Source: a virus (lineage: Duplodnaviria; Caudoviricetes). Taken from it: a DNA stretch of 64,000 nucleotides. The notes under the pieces are model-generated. The model saw only the letters and a program-made list of their open reading frames with translations. It made no database searches and was not told the DNA's origin. The stretch lies in the IMG/VR virus record IMGVR_UViG_3300025276_000033, positions 2,012 through 66,011 of that record. One strand, given 5' to 3'. The translations under genes and the position numbers were made by a program. Shown piece after piece: positions 1 to 10,141 of the stretch (the stretch's first letter is position 1; each line of letters starts with the position of its first letter).

Positions 1-10
1 GGAAAGCATC

Positions 11-337
11 TTGAAAAGTGATGAGGTTACATTCTTAGTTGAAACTAAAAAAGCATTAGTTGAAAAACTTGATGAAGGGGAAGAATTAGAAAAATCATTT
101 GAAATGTTGAACGAAGAATTAGGTCATTTAGTAAATGAATCTAAGGAATCTAAAATAGGAAACTATATCGCATCAAGAATGAAACAAGCTAATGATGCAG
201 AAAAGAAAGGACAAGGATTATTTGGTCCTGATATTATCAAAAAGGTAGAAAAAATGGATTTAATTTCTGCTGAAGAATTAGATAATATGTTACCTGACTT
301 TATTCCAGGACCTACTATCTACGCATTATTCAAATAA
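11..337 (+). CDS. C-terminal part of a hypothetical protein running in from the window edge, possibly head-associated
   Basis: Frame is open from the edge; contains MLNEE and LVNES sites like the putative protease sites elsewhere. Confidence 0.55.
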   Translation: MKSDEVTFLVETKKALVEKLDEGEELEKSFEMLNEELGHLVNESKESKIGNYIASRMKQANDAEKKGQGLFGPDIIKKVEKMDLISAEELDNMLPDFIPGPTIYALFK

Positions 338-373
338 TAAAATAAATTGTATAAAAAATACATTTAACTAATA

Positions 374-399
374 AGGGAAACATTCAGTTTCCCTTTTTT
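374..399 (+). terminator. Rho-independent terminator
   Basis: AGGGAAAC-attca-GTTTCCCT hairpin followed by a T-run. Confidence 0.75.
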
Positions 400-411
400 A
401 AATTTAGAAAG

Positions 412-1152
412 ATGGCAAAAAGTAAAAATTACCTAAATAAGAAAGACTTATTAGAAGAAATTTACAAATCTAGAGAACAGGATGAATTGACTAATAGATG
501 TACTAAAATGTTAATGTTGCTTGCCCAAAAAACAATTAGAAAACTTTATTACAAATGTGAAGATGATAAGCAACATGCGTTATCGGAAGCATATTTTGAC
601 CTTGCTAAAAATTGGAGAAAATTTGATCCAGACTTTGCTCGTTTTCATGGCTATGCTGATTTAAAACGGGGAGATGAAATAAGAGTTAATCCAGAAAAAG
701 GTTCTCCTAGAACTGCAGCCGCAACCGTAGTAGAAAACTATCCGATTGACTTATTGATTGCAGAGGTAGAACAGGATTTGAAATCTAATAAATTAAAGTT
801 GATTGAAACCGAATACATACTCGAAACTAAACAACTAAGAGTTCTAAGAAAATCAACTAAAGATGAAATATCAAAAGGAGATTCCGAACAACACGAATAC
901 TTTTTAGATGCATCAAAATATAATGTAATTAAATTAGATTTCATTGTTAAAAAGAATCTAAGAGATGTTGCAATGTTTGACAAAGAACAAATAATAATTA
1001 AAGACCCAAATCCATTTTCATTTTTTACTTCATCTTGTATAAACGGATATGCAAAAGGATGGAAAAGATTATATCCTAAAAAATCAAAAGGATTGTTACT
1101 TAGTATAGATTCTGGATACAACACAGACGGTGATGGAATGCATTCATTATAA
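412..1152 (+). CDS. T4 gp55-like late-transcription sigma factor with a large internal insertion
   Basis: YLNKKDL...WRKFDPD and NPFSFFT motifs resemble gp55-family YVNNKE...NFDPEK-NPFAYFT; lies next to head genes. Confidence 0.7.
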   Translation: MAKSKNYLNKKDLLEEIYKSREQDELTNRCTKMLMLLAQKTIRKLYYKCEDDKQHALSEAYFDLAKNWRKFDPDFARFHGYADLKRGDEIRVNPEKGSPRTAAATVVENYPIDLLIAEVEQDLKSNKLKLIETEYILETKQLRVLRKSTKDEISKGDSEQHEYFLDASKYNVIKLDFIVKKNLRDVAMFDKEQIIIKDPNPFSFFTSSCINGYAKGWKRLYPKKSKGLLLSIDSGYNTDGDGMHSL

Positions 1153-1196
1153 GTTACAGGACTTATAAACAATCATTATAAGGTCTGAACCTTATT

Positions 1197-1228
1197 AACC
1201 ACTATTATTAATTTAATAGTGGTTTTTT
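1197..1228 (+). terminator. Rho-independent terminator
   Basis: AACCACTATTA...TAATAGTGGTT hairpin followed by a T-run. Confidence 0.75.
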
Positions 1229-1247
1229 GTGTCTATTAAATAACTAT

Positions 1248-1724
1248 ATGAGTATAAAGAACTTAAAACCAACAAGAAACGCTAGAACAAAACAGGGATA
1301 TTTTAACATATCTGAATCCGTTAAGTATATTGGTGCTGTTAAAAAAGTTATTTATCGTTCATCTTGGGAACAAAGATTTTGCATTTGGTGTGAAAGAAGT
1401 CCACAAGTTGAAAAATGGGCATCGGAATCTGTTGCAATAAAATATCATTGTCCTATTGAAAATAGAATAAAAAATTACTATCCAGACTTTTTAGTAAAAT
1501 TATCTAGTGGTAAAACTTGGTTAGTAGAAGTAAAACCGGCACAAGAATATAAGCAACCACCGGCAAAACCAAAAAGAAAAACAAAGAAAGCTTTGACTAG
1601 TTATGAGTATTTGATGAAACACTACTTAGTAAATAAGTCAAAGTTTAAATCAGCAATTGCTTTTTGTAAAACAAAAGACTGGGTGTTTTTTGTTGCGGAT
1701 GAAAATTGGTTCAAGAATAAATGA
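1248..1724 (+). CDS. Head completion nuclease (T4 gp4 / TnsA-like)
   Basis: IYRSSWE, WASE, YYPDF and LVEVKP motifs; start moved to ATG 1248, after TTAAATA. Confidence 0.85.
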   Translation: MSIKNLKPTRNARTKQGYFNISESVKYIGAVKKVIYRSSWEQRFCIWCERSPQVEKWASESVAIKYHCPIENRIKNYYPDFLVKLSSGKTWLVEVKPAQEYKQPPAKPKRKTKKALTSYEYLMKHYLVNKSKFKSAIAFCKTKDWVFFVADENWFKNK

Positions 1725-2329
1725 TAATAGAAGATATAAAGAATATAAAAGCAAAAAAAGGTTTAAAGGTTGCAGAAGATGAATCGTATGATTGGTTTAA
1801 AAAAGCAAAAGGTAATCCTATGGACCCGACTGTTGTTTTTTGTGAAAATCAAATGATGCAAGTTGGTAAAATAAATCAATTCAAGTATAATCCTAAAGGA
1901 AAAAAAACCTTAGACTATTACGATAAAAGTCCCTTGGTCCTGAGTTTAGGAATTATACAAAGAAAAAAAATGAAATATGAATTAGGATTAAATTTAAACT
2001 TTATTCCTGCACCATATAAATGGTATATTTTAGAAACTATTCAAAAAACATACAGTGGATTTTTTCAAAGACAAAAGGATGGTAGAGCATCAAACAACGC
2101 ACTAAAGCAACCACAAATAATGTACAGATATGCAGTAGTAAAGGCTTTACTTTCTAAGTACGGATTTGAATTTGCAATAAGAACTTACATACCCAGTAGA
2201 AAATCGAAAGTATTTTGTATAAATTATAACAGTTGGGTAGACTGTGCTTTTTTATCAATCGAAAAGTTCGAAGGTATATCATATAGTCAAATGATTAAAG
2301 AATATATAAAATCAAAGAATTCTAAGTAA
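1721..2329 (+). CDS. DNA end protector (T4 gp2-like)
   Basis: FKYNPKGKKTLDYYDKSPLVL and GLNLNFIP motifs; follows gp4. Confidence 0.75.
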   Translation: MIIEDIKNIKAKKGLKVAEDESYDWFKKAKGNPMDPTVVFCENQMMQVGKINQFKYNPKGKKTLDYYDKSPLVLSLGIIQRKKMKYELGLNLNFIPAPYKWYILETIQKTYSGFFQRQKDGRASNNALKQPQIMYRYAVVKALLSKYGFEFAIRTYIPSRKSKVFCINYNSWVDCAFLSIEKFEGISYSQMIKEYIKSKNSK

Positions 2330-2356
2330 TTAAATAATATAACAAAAGAAAACGAT

Positions 2357-3973
2357 ATGGCATCTATATTTAATAGAAATGAAGTGAATAGTACTAATCC
2401 AAATGTTAATAATAAAACATTTAGAAATACTACACTTAGAAAATTATCAGGAAGAGGTTACGATTTTAAGGATAGTGTTATATCTAATTCCGAAGCAATA
2501 GGTTCTATTGAAAACGAAATCGGTTGGCAAGATAACAACAATATGTTACGTTATGGTTATGATAACAACAACATGGATCAGTTGTATGATTTTTCTTATT
2601 CAGACATTTATTCTAAAAAGAATATTCCATTTTTTGACGAAAGTTATCCGGGAAGAATAGAGCAACTTAGAAAGTATGCAATGCAAGATGAAATCGAAAT
2701 GGTTCTTGATACATTAACGGATGAAATTGTTGTTTATAATACTGATAGATATTTTGCACAAGTTGATTTTGAATCTGATCCAAATATGAAAGAAGAATTT
2801 TCTGAAATCATAAAAGAAAACCTAAATGATAATTTCAAGAAAATTTATAATCTATTCGGTTTCAAGAATGAAAATACAGCTTGGCATTTTGTTAAGAAAT
2901 TTTTAATTGATGGATACCTAGCATACGAAATTATTTGGGATAATTCAAATACTAATATTATAGGATTTAAAGAATTAGATCCAATATCATTAACACCTAA
3001 AATTTACGAAGATGGTACTAGGGGATGGGTTCAATATCCACTAGATGCTGTAAAGAAAAGAGAATTGACTGACGCACAAGTTATATTTTTATCTTATTCT
3101 GCAATTAACAACGAAAATAGAGTTTCTTATACTGAAAGATTGATACGTTCTTTTAACTTATTAAGAATTATGGAACAATCTAGAATTATTTGGGCTGTTG
3201 TAAATTCATCATATAAAACTAAGTTCGTTATACCGGTTGGTGGAAAATCTAAACAAATGGCAAAACAAACTCTTGGTTCTTTGATGCAATCATATAGAGA
3301 AAATGTAGATTTTGATAATGAATCCGGAGAACTAAAAATAAACGGTAAATCAATGATGCCGTTTTCAAAAGAATATTGGATTCCCGAAGGTGACCAGGGA
3401 ACACCTCAAATTGAAAGTATAGGAAATGAAGGTCCTGATTTATCAGATACTGAATCTTTAAAATATTTCGTTGATAAATTGATTCAAGTTTCAAAAGTTC
3501 CTAGAAATAGATTTATAAAAGACGAATCGCCTACATTCGAATCTTCGGCAGAAGGATATACAAGAGAAGAAATTTATTTCAGTAGATTTGTTGATAGATT
3601 AAGAGGTAAAATACAAGAAATACTTATTAGACCCGTAGTTTTACAAACTAAAAGAGATATCAAAGAATTGGCAGATGACCCATTGTTCGAATCTAAAGTA
3701 AATTTATCATGGTCAAGATATGATATATTTGAAAAATTAAAAGAAACTGAATTGCTACAAAGTGAATTAGACTTAATTAGTACAGCAAAAGATTCTTTAA
3801 TTGATTTTGATGCTGAAGGAAACGAAGTCAGATTTTTTAGTTCTGAATTCTTAGTTAGAAAATTCCTTACAACATTATCTGAATCTGACTTAAAACTTAA
3901 TAGAAAGTTAAAAGCTAAAGAAGATAAACAAATGGAAGAAGGGCAAGAAGATGCCGAAGATGTAGATTTTTAA
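2357..3973 (+). CDS. Portal protein (T4 gp20-like)
   Basis: FLIDGYLAY, ELDP, NLLRIMEQSRIIW, KEYWIP, LKYFVDKL...KVP and TREEIYFSRFVDRLR motifs; 538 aa. Confidence 0.92.
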   Translation: MASIFNRNEVNSTNPNVNNKTFRNTTLRKLSGRGYDFKDSVISNSEAIGSIENEIGWQDNNNMLRYGYDNNNMDQLYDFSYSDIYSKKNIPFFDESYPGRIEQLRKYAMQDEIEMVLDTLTDEIVVYNTDRYFAQVDFESDPNMKEEFSEIIKENLNDNFKKIYNLFGFKNENTAWHFVKKFLIDGYLAYEIIWDNSNTNIIGFKELDPISLTPKIYEDGTRGWVQYPLDAVKKRELTDAQVIFLSYSAINNENRVSYTERLIRSFNLLRIMEQSRIIWAVVNSSYKTKFVIPVGGKSKQMAKQTLGSLMQSYRENVDFDNESGELKINGKSMMPFSKEYWIPEGDQGTPQIESIGNEGPDLSDTESLKYFVDKLIQVSKVPRNRFIKDESPTFESSAEGYTREEIYFSRFVDRLRGKIQEILIRPVVLQTKRDIKELADDPLFESKVNLSWSRYDIFEKLKETELLQSELDLISTAKDSLIDFDAEGNEVRFFSSEFLVRKFLTTLSESDLKLNRKLKAKEDKQMEEGQEDAEDVDF

Positions 3974-4031
3974 AAAGTTAAAAATAAATTTGATTAAATA
4001 ATATAAATTATAACAAAATTAATTAAAGAAA

Positions 4032-5663
4032 ATGAAAGATTACTTATTAATAGAAAAATCAAAATTTTCAGTAAAACCTATCGCCAATGCCTCCGATAAC
4101 GACAAATATGTTTTAGAAGGTGTATTTACAGAATTCGATTCTGAAAATAGAAATGGTAGAGTTTATACTAGAAAAGAATTTCAACCACATTTTGACGCAT
4201 TAAAAAAAGTTGTAGAAAGTGGAACAGCTGTTGGAGAATTAGACCATCCAAAACAATTTGAAACTACATTGAGAAATGTATCTCATAAAATTGAAGAAAT
4301 TTGGATGGATGAAGAAAACAATAGAGTAATGGGAAAAATCAAATTATTAGATACCGATGCTGGTAAACAAGCAAAGGCAATCGTTGATGCTGGAATTCCT
4401 TTACACATATCATCAAGAGCTGCCGGAACTGTTACAGAAGATAAATCTGTAAAGATTCATAAACTATTTACATATGATTTAGTTGATACACCAGGTTTTG
4501 CAAATGCAAGATTGAGTAGTGTAAATGAATCATTCGGAATGCTAAATGAAAATACAGAATTAGATGTATTTAGTGATTTTGCAATCTATGAAATAGGTAA
4601 ACAAATAAAGCAAGATATTAAAGAGTTAAATAATAAAAATAAGAACGTAGAAACAATGGATTATCTAAAAGAAAGCGAATTCAACAAATACACAGATTTC
4701 ACAAAAGAAGCAATAGAAGGTGTTAAATCCGAAATTGCAGACATGAAAGAAATTCAAGAAAGTATTATTGAACAAAACGATGGTATCGTAGAAGAATACA
4801 GCAATGCTGAATTCAAACAAAAATTTGAATCTGTAAATCAAAAATTATCAGCAATCGAAAAATGGGCTGACCACGTAAAAGAAGAATTTGATTCTGTTAA
4901 AGAAAGTTCGGATTCATCTTTACAAGAAAAGTATGATAAATTAGAAGCAAAATTTGAATCAATGGTTAATTGGTCTGAACATGTAACTGAAACTGTTAGT
5001 GCAATAGAAGATTGGTCACAACATACAACAGACACTGTTAATGGTGTAGAATCTTGGTCAAAGCATGTAACTGAAACTGTAAGTGCGTTAGAAGATTGGT
5101 CAGACCATGCAACGGATACTGTTTCTGGTGTAGAATCTTGGTCTAATCACGTAACTGAATCTGTTAGTTCAATCGAAAATTGGACTGAACATGTAACTGA
5201 GTCTGTATCAATGTTAGAAAATTCTGATACGAAAGAATTAAGTAAAGGAAATGAAAAAATCAACGAATCAAAAATCGAAGATTTTAAAGAAAGTATATAT
5301 AATAAACTAGAGAATATCTTAGAAGCTAAGGAGCAAAGAGCAACTGACAACAACTCTCTAAACGAATCACAAACCGTAGATTTAAACGAAGGTAAAGAAG
5401 AAGCGCCATTATGGATGCAACTTATACCTACAAAGTATAAAGAAACTTATAGTGATTTACAAGAAGGCGAAAAGTTAAGAATTAAAAAAAGAGCTTCACT
5501 TTTCAATTTCGTTAATGAATCGGCAATCAAGTCATTTTGGAACAATGAGTTCACAAAAGAAAATTTGATTAAAGAGGAAAAAAAGGAAAATGTTGAAAAC
5601 CCATCTCAAAGTCAACTTACGGAAGCAAGACTTGCTAAGTTAAGAGGATTTAGAATGATTTAA
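4032..5663 (+). CDS. Prohead protease (gp21-like) fused to a scaffold-like (gp22-like) coiled coil
   Basis: LEGVF, NRNGRVY, GELDHP, VSHKI, ISSRAAG and YDLVDTPGF in the N-terminus; acidic coiled-coil C-terminus; lies between portal and capsid. Confidence 0.9.
   Translation: MKDYLLIEKSKFSVKPIANASDNDKYVLEGVFTEFDSENRNGRVYTRKEFQPHFDALKKVVESGTAVGELDHPKQFETTLRNVSHKIEEIWMDEENNRVMGKIKLLDTDAGKQAKAIVDAGIPLHISSRAAGTVTEDKSVKIHKLFTYDLVDTPGFANARLSSVNESFGMLNENTELDVFSDFAIYEIGKQIKQDIKELNNKNKNVETMDYLKESEFNKYTDFTKEAIEGVKSEIADMKEIQESIIEQNDGIVEEYSNAEFKQKFESVNQKLSAIEKWADHVKEEFDSVKESSDSSLQEKYDKLEAKFESMVNWSEHVTETVSAIEDWSQHTTDTVNGVESWSKHVTETVSALEDWSDHATDTVSGVESWSNHVTESVSSIENWTEHVTESVSMLENSDTKELSKGNEKINESKIEDFKESIYNKLENILEAKEQRATDNNSLNESQTVDLNEGKEEAPLWMQLIPTKYKETYSDLQEGEKLRIKKRASLFNFVNESAIKSFWNNEFTKENLIKEEKKENVENPSQSQLTEARLAKLRGFRMI
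4971..5222 (+). repeat. Six tandem 42-bp (14-aa) coding repeats, WSxHxTxTVxxxEx
   Basis: Trp codons at 4971, 5013, 5055, 5097, 5139 and 5181, exactly 42 nt apart. Confidence 0.9.
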
Positions 5664-5700
5664 AATATTTGAATTTAAAAACAAAAAAAATGTTGTTAAA

Positions 5701-7404
5701 ATGAACAAACATCAATTATTAGAAAACTGGAGTCCAGTTATCGAACAAACAATTGGAACGGGTGTAGACAAATCTAAAAAAGAATTAGTTGCTACAATCT
5801 GTCAATTACAAGAAAACTACGAAGCAAGACTTGGTGGTGGATTAAATGAAAATAACTTTTACGCACAACCTGGTTCTGTAAATGGTATGGGAGCGGTATC
5901 TTTACCGAATGTATCAACTGGAGCTCAAGGTTCTGGAGATGTACCTTATTCTCTATTACCATTAGCAATTCAAGTTGCTGCACAAACAATTGGATTGGAA
6001 TTAGTTCCAACTATTCCAATGAATTCACCAGTAGGAATGTTATCTTATATGGATTTCGTTTACGGTGGAGGTAAGAATGGATATGCTGCAATAGCTGACC
6101 CATATGCTACTGGAACTGATGGTAAATCACCTAATTCTCCACTTTACGTTAAATTTAAAGCTGTAGATGTTACTGCGGGTGCTATTGTTGATGGTGCTAC
6201 GTTTACTTTTGTAAATGCAAATGGAAATGGAGTTGTTGAAGCATTGTTATTTACGGTTCTTGGAAAATCAAGAATTGATGGATATGTAATTGCTAAAGTG
6301 CCGGAAAAATTAACCGGAACTAATACAATTGCAGCTATAATTCCTGCAGTTACGGCAACGGGAGCGGGAACAGTAATTGTTGGTACAAACCCTGGAACAG
6401 TAGGAGCTGCTGGAACTTTTAACATTGAATCTAAAGCAGAATTAGTTAAAGGTTTAGAAGACCACATCGTTGATTTCTCATCTAACCAAGGTGTTTCTGA
6501 ATATGGTGAAGTTACTAAAATGACTAGACAACAAGGTGAAGCTATTCAATCTAATACTGGAAACCTTCAATTATTCTCTAAAGCTATTGAAGCAAAAACG
6601 GTTCAAGCCGCTGCTGCAGTAACAAGAGAGCAATTAATGGATTTAAAACAATTCGGTATTGATGCGGTTGCACAAGCAAACCAATTCTTAGCTAACGAAA
6701 TGACACAAGTTATCAATAAAGATATTCTTAGTAACATTTTCACACTAGGAAAAACAAACCACGTAAACATTGAAGCTGTTTCTGGTAGAAACTATCACTT
6801 GTCTTTAACAAGTAACGTTGGAACTGATACTATTGCTGTATTAGGTGCTGTTACTGGAAATTCTTGGTGGAATTATTTCGCAGGAATGGGTGTTGTAAAT
6901 CGCGTTGATGTATCTAATTTAGGTGCTGAAAACTTAGGAACAAGACAAAGACGTTTAATGTCTAGAATGCTTGCATCTTCTAACATTATCTCTGTAAGAG
7001 GTAGAAGAGGACCCGCTACATTTGCAGTTTGTTCTGGAGGTGTTGCAACTGGATTCCAAGATTGTGCTGGATTCGTTCCTTACCCAATCGCTAACACTAT
7101 CAATCAAGTTCCTGGAGCATTGTATCCATTAGGAACATTAGCTGGTATTGCAATTTATGTTGACCCGAATATGACTTGGGAAGATGGTAGAATTGCATTA
7201 GGTAGAAAAGGAGACGGTAATACACCTGGTCTTGTATTCATGCCTTATGTTATGGCTGATACTGTTGAAACAATTGCAGAAGGAACTATGGCTCCTAAAA
7301 TGCAAATGAAGTCTAGATATGCTATTGTTCAAGCTGGACATCACCCAGAAACAATGTACCTTACAATAGGGTGTGTTAATTCTGTTGATGGTGGATGGTC
7401 TTAA
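5701..7404 (+). CDS. Major capsid protein (T4 gp23-like)
   Basis: LENWSPV, PMNSPVG, EQLMDLK...GIDA, EMTQVINKDIL, GTLAGIAIYVDP, FMPYV and MKSRYA motifs. Confidence 0.93.
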   Translation: MNKHQLLENWSPVIEQTIGTGVDKSKKELVATICQLQENYEARLGGGLNENNFYAQPGSVNGMGAVSLPNVSTGAQGSGDVPYSLLPLAIQVAAQTIGLELVPTIPMNSPVGMLSYMDFVYGGGKNGYAAIADPYATGTDGKSPNSPLYVKFKAVDVTAGAIVDGATFTFVNANGNGVVEALLFTVLGKSRIDGYVIAKVPEKLTGTNTIAAIIPAVTATGAGTVIVGTNPGTVGAAGTFNIESKAELVKGLEDHIVDFSSNQGVSEYGEVTKMTRQQGEAIQSNTGNLQLFSKAIEAKTVQAAAAVTREQLMDLKQFGIDAVAQANQFLANEMTQVINKDILSNIFTLGKTNHVNIEAVSGRNYHLSLTSNVGTDTIAVLGAVTGNSWWNYFAGMGVVNRVDVSNLGAENLGTRQRRLMSRMLASSNIISVRGRRGPATFAVCSGGVATGFQDCAGFVPYPIANTINQVPGALYPLGTLAGIAIYVDPNMTWEDGRIALGRKGDGNTPGLVFMPYVMADTVETIAEGTMAPKMQMKSRYAIVQAGHHPETMYLTIGCVNSVDGGWS

Positions 7405-7425
7405 TAGTCTAACTATATTAATATT

Positions 7426-7457
7426 AAAAAGGGAATCAGAAATGGTTCCCTTTTTTT
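7426..7457 (+). terminator. Rho-independent terminator after the capsid gene
   Basis: AAAAAGGGAA...TTCCC followed by a T-run. Confidence 0.8.
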
Positions 7458-7488
7458 ATGATTAAATATTAAAAGAAATAACATTAAA

Positions 7489-8838
7489 ATGGAAATAATG
7501 CAAAATGCTAATTTAACAAATCAAGATACTAATTTTTTACAAGCATACTTAAATCATTTATCAGAAGAACAAAGAAAAGCATTTGTTGCTACTTATATGT
7601 ACATCTTGAATGTAGGAAATGGTGATGCTCAATTTGAATCACAAAACTTTGAATCATTATTAGAAGCAGAAGAATTATCTACATATGCATTAAATGAAGA
7701 ACTTGTAACTAATGTTATTAATTTTCTAAAGGGTAAAAAGAACATAAGAAAATACTACAAAGGTCTTGAGAAAGCCGCAAAGAGTTTTGTTGCTGCATCC
7801 AATAAAATTGAAAATTTAGATAGAGATAAAAGGGCTCAATTCAGAAAATCCGAATTAGCTAAGTATGATGCTCAAATAAAAGCACTAGACCAAATTAAAA
7901 AACAATTAGAAGATTTTAAAAAAGATTCACCTATTCTACAAAAAGTAGATTCCTTTGCTAATAATTCATACAAAATAAAACTTTTTTTGATGGGCAAAAA
8001 AGCCGATGTTAGTTTATCAAAACTTAAAGGATATGAAGATGATATTGAGAAAATAAAAAGAGACCAAAGTACTTTAGAGGCTGATGTAAAGAAAGCAAAT
8101 AAAGAGGCTGAGGAAAAGGAGAAAAAAAGATTAGAAGCAGAAAAAGCCGGCAATGAAGCGACAGGACCATCCGATGCTACGAAAAATGCAACTGAAAAGG
8201 TAAAAGAACTAAAAGTTGTTCCTGAAAACGAAACCCCAGAGCAAAAAACTGCAAGAGAAGAAAAATTGAAAACAGCAGAAACAGCAGAAAAAGAAGCAAT
8301 AGAAAAAGATAAAGCAGACGCAAAAGAAAAGAAAGAAAAAGAAGAAAAAGAAAAGGAAGAAAAAGAGGGTGCAGGAGCAACTGCTGGAACCGGAGCAACT
8401 GCTGGAACCGAAGAAAAAACCCCAGAAAAAACTGAAACAGAAACCCCTCCAGAAAAAACGGAAGTCGAAAAAACGGAAACCGAAACTGCAACCGTAAAGG
8501 CCGAAACTGAAAAAACGGAAGCTGAAACTAAACAGATTGAAGCAGATGTCGATAAAGCAAAAGCAGAAGCTGATGCAAAAGAAGCCAAAAACGCAAATGT
8601 CCAAAAACAGATAGATGATTTAAAATCAAAAAAGAATAAGATAAAATTAGAATCTATAAAAGACCGAAAGGAAGGTAAAGATTATGAAAAAATGATTGAT
8701 GACCTTTCTAATCAAATAGCCGGTCTTGAAAAGAAACTTAAAGAAAATAATACATTACCACTATCGTTTTTCTATGATTTAGAAAACATTAACGAACAAC
8801 TAACATGCTTAGAAAACTCAATAGGAGAAAGACTGTAA
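7489..8838 (+). CDS. Highly charged low-complexity protein, probably head/core-associated
   Basis: TTAAATA upstream; ALNEE and FES sites; E/K/A-rich; GATAGT x2 and EKTE repeats. Confidence 0.7.
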   Translation: MEIMQNANLTNQDTNFLQAYLNHLSEEQRKAFVATYMYILNVGNGDAQFESQNFESLLEAEELSTYALNEELVTNVINFLKGKKNIRKYYKGLEKAAKSFVAASNKIENLDRDKRAQFRKSELAKYDAQIKALDQIKKQLEDFKKDSPILQKVDSFANNSYKIKLFLMGKKADVSLSKLKGYEDDIEKIKRDQSTLEADVKKANKEAEEKEKKRLEAEKAGNEATGPSDATKNATEKVKELKVVPENETPEQKTAREEKLKTAETAEKEAIEKDKADAKEKKEKEEKEKEEKEGAGATAGTGATAGTEEKTPEKTETETPPEKTEVEKTETETATVKAETEKTEAETKQIEADVDKAKAEADAKEAKNANVQKQIDDLKSKKNKIKLESIKDRKEGKDYEKMIDDLSNQIAGLEKKLKENNTLPLSFFYDLENINEQLTCLENSIGERL

Positions 8839-9446
8839 GAAAAGGATTTAGTTCTGATGAACTATATCAAAGAATATTACTAGATAAGGCAAGTTTTCAA
8901 GAAAAAAAGGTATTTGTAAACAATAAATTTGCAAGAAAATATTTTGATGACGATTTACTCTGTAATATGTTAATTCAAAAGGATAAATTTTTAATGAACA
9001 AACTAACAGGGTATCAAACTAAAAGATTGATGCCCTTTTATCCTAGTTATATCCCACTAATAGATGCAAATATAGTATTATCTAAAGATGAGTACTATTG
9101 GACTGCAAATACTATCAAATATAATTGCATAAGATGTAATGAACCTACCATTTCTTTTTTAGGAGATTTTAAATTAAAAAATGTTCTTTGTGGAAAATGT
9201 GTTGAGGACCACTATATCAATAAGAAAGGTGCATTTGATAAAAGATTGCACGACCACGAATTTTCTAAATTTAAACAAGATTTCTATATTATAAACAAAG
9301 AACATCAAAAAAAGTTATTTTCTAAACTAATCAAAAGAGAAAAATCTTTGTATAAAAATGACAAAACTATTGATAGTGGATTGAAAGCCAGCTATACAGC
9401 AAAATTAAGAAATATAGAAAATGTTTTCAATTCTATTGTAACATAA
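8805..9446 (+). CDS. Hypothetical protein with two CxxC pairs
   Basis: CIRC...CGKC; start uncertain. Confidence 0.6.
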   Translation: MLRKLNRRKTVRKGFSSDELYQRILLDKASFQEKKVFVNNKFARKYFDDDLLCNMLIQKDKFLMNKLTGYQTKRLMPFYPSYIPLIDANIVLSKDEYYWTANTIKYNCIRCNEPTISFLGDFKLKNVLCGKCVEDHYINKKGAFDKRLHDHEFSKFKQDFYIINKEHQKKLFSKLIKREKSLYKNDKTIDSGLKASYTAKLRNIENVFNSIVT

Positions 9447-10095
9447 GTTTAAGTACGTAGGGTATCGTAATGCCTTTAGAATTCAATGCCATATCTGTTT
9501 TAATTTCTATAAGATTATTTACATTATCATCTACATATTTCAATTCAGAATGAAAAGAACCATTGTATTGCACTTTCCCTTTTTTTGATACAACGTAGTG
9601 TTCAATGATAGAACAATTACACATTTCTATGTATATATGCAAACTCTTTCTTCCGTCTCTTATTTCTTTGCGAACAATTTTTATGTAATCTTTAAGAAAT
9701 GTTATTGCTGTTTGTAATTCAAAATACTTAGTTCTAAGTTTTTTTACACTTCTTTCTACAATAGTATCTAATTCTTTTAATTCTATGACAGTTCCGTGTA
9801 GTTCATAGATGTAATCAAAAAGTTTTTCACTTTCTTTGTCTTTGTTTACAATTTCGTAAGTAGATATAAAAGATTCTAAATCCTTGTATCTTTTTTCTAA
9901 TGTTTCGTATTCTTGAAACAAAAACCCTTTTTTTACGTTAATATCAATTCTTTTTAGATATGCAAGTAATTTCCAATGTTTATGTTCTATATCAATAGGT
10001 TCTTGTACAAACCAAGTATTAGGAAATACATTAGGTACGTAGTTATTATCTTTTATTGTAATTTTTTGTGTATCTATAAAATATTCTGATGCCAT
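9433..10095 (-). CDS. Hypothetical protein
   Basis: Long ORF; likely ATG at 10095 (MASEYF); minus-strand TTAAATA near 10134. Confidence 0.65.
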   Translation of the reverse strand: MASEYFIDTQKITIKDNNYVPNVFPNTWFVQEPIDIEHKHWKLLAYLKRIDINVKKGFLFQEYETLEKRYKDLESFISTYEIVNKDKESEKLFDYIYELHGTVIELKELDTIVERSVKKLRTKYFELQTAITFLKDYIKIVRKEIRDGRKSLHIYIEMCNCSIIEHYVVSKKGKVQYNGSFHSELKYVDDNVNNLIEIKTDMALNSKGITIPYVLKLMLQ

Positions 10096-10141
10096 TTTGT
10101 TTTTAATTAGTGTATAATCTTTATGATATAAAATATTTAAT

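Noticed and set aside
634-1002. Intein in the gp55-like gene
   Set aside because: No N-terminal Cys/Ser block A, no His-Asn followed by Cys/Ser/Thr, and no LAGLIDADG motifs
4971-5222. CRISPR-like periodic repeat
   Set aside because: In-frame 42-nt coding repeats with synonymous variation; no spacers and no cas genes
7872-8604. Several minus-strand Phe/Ser-rich ORFs
   Set aside because: Antisense shadows of the A-rich E/K low-complexity gene
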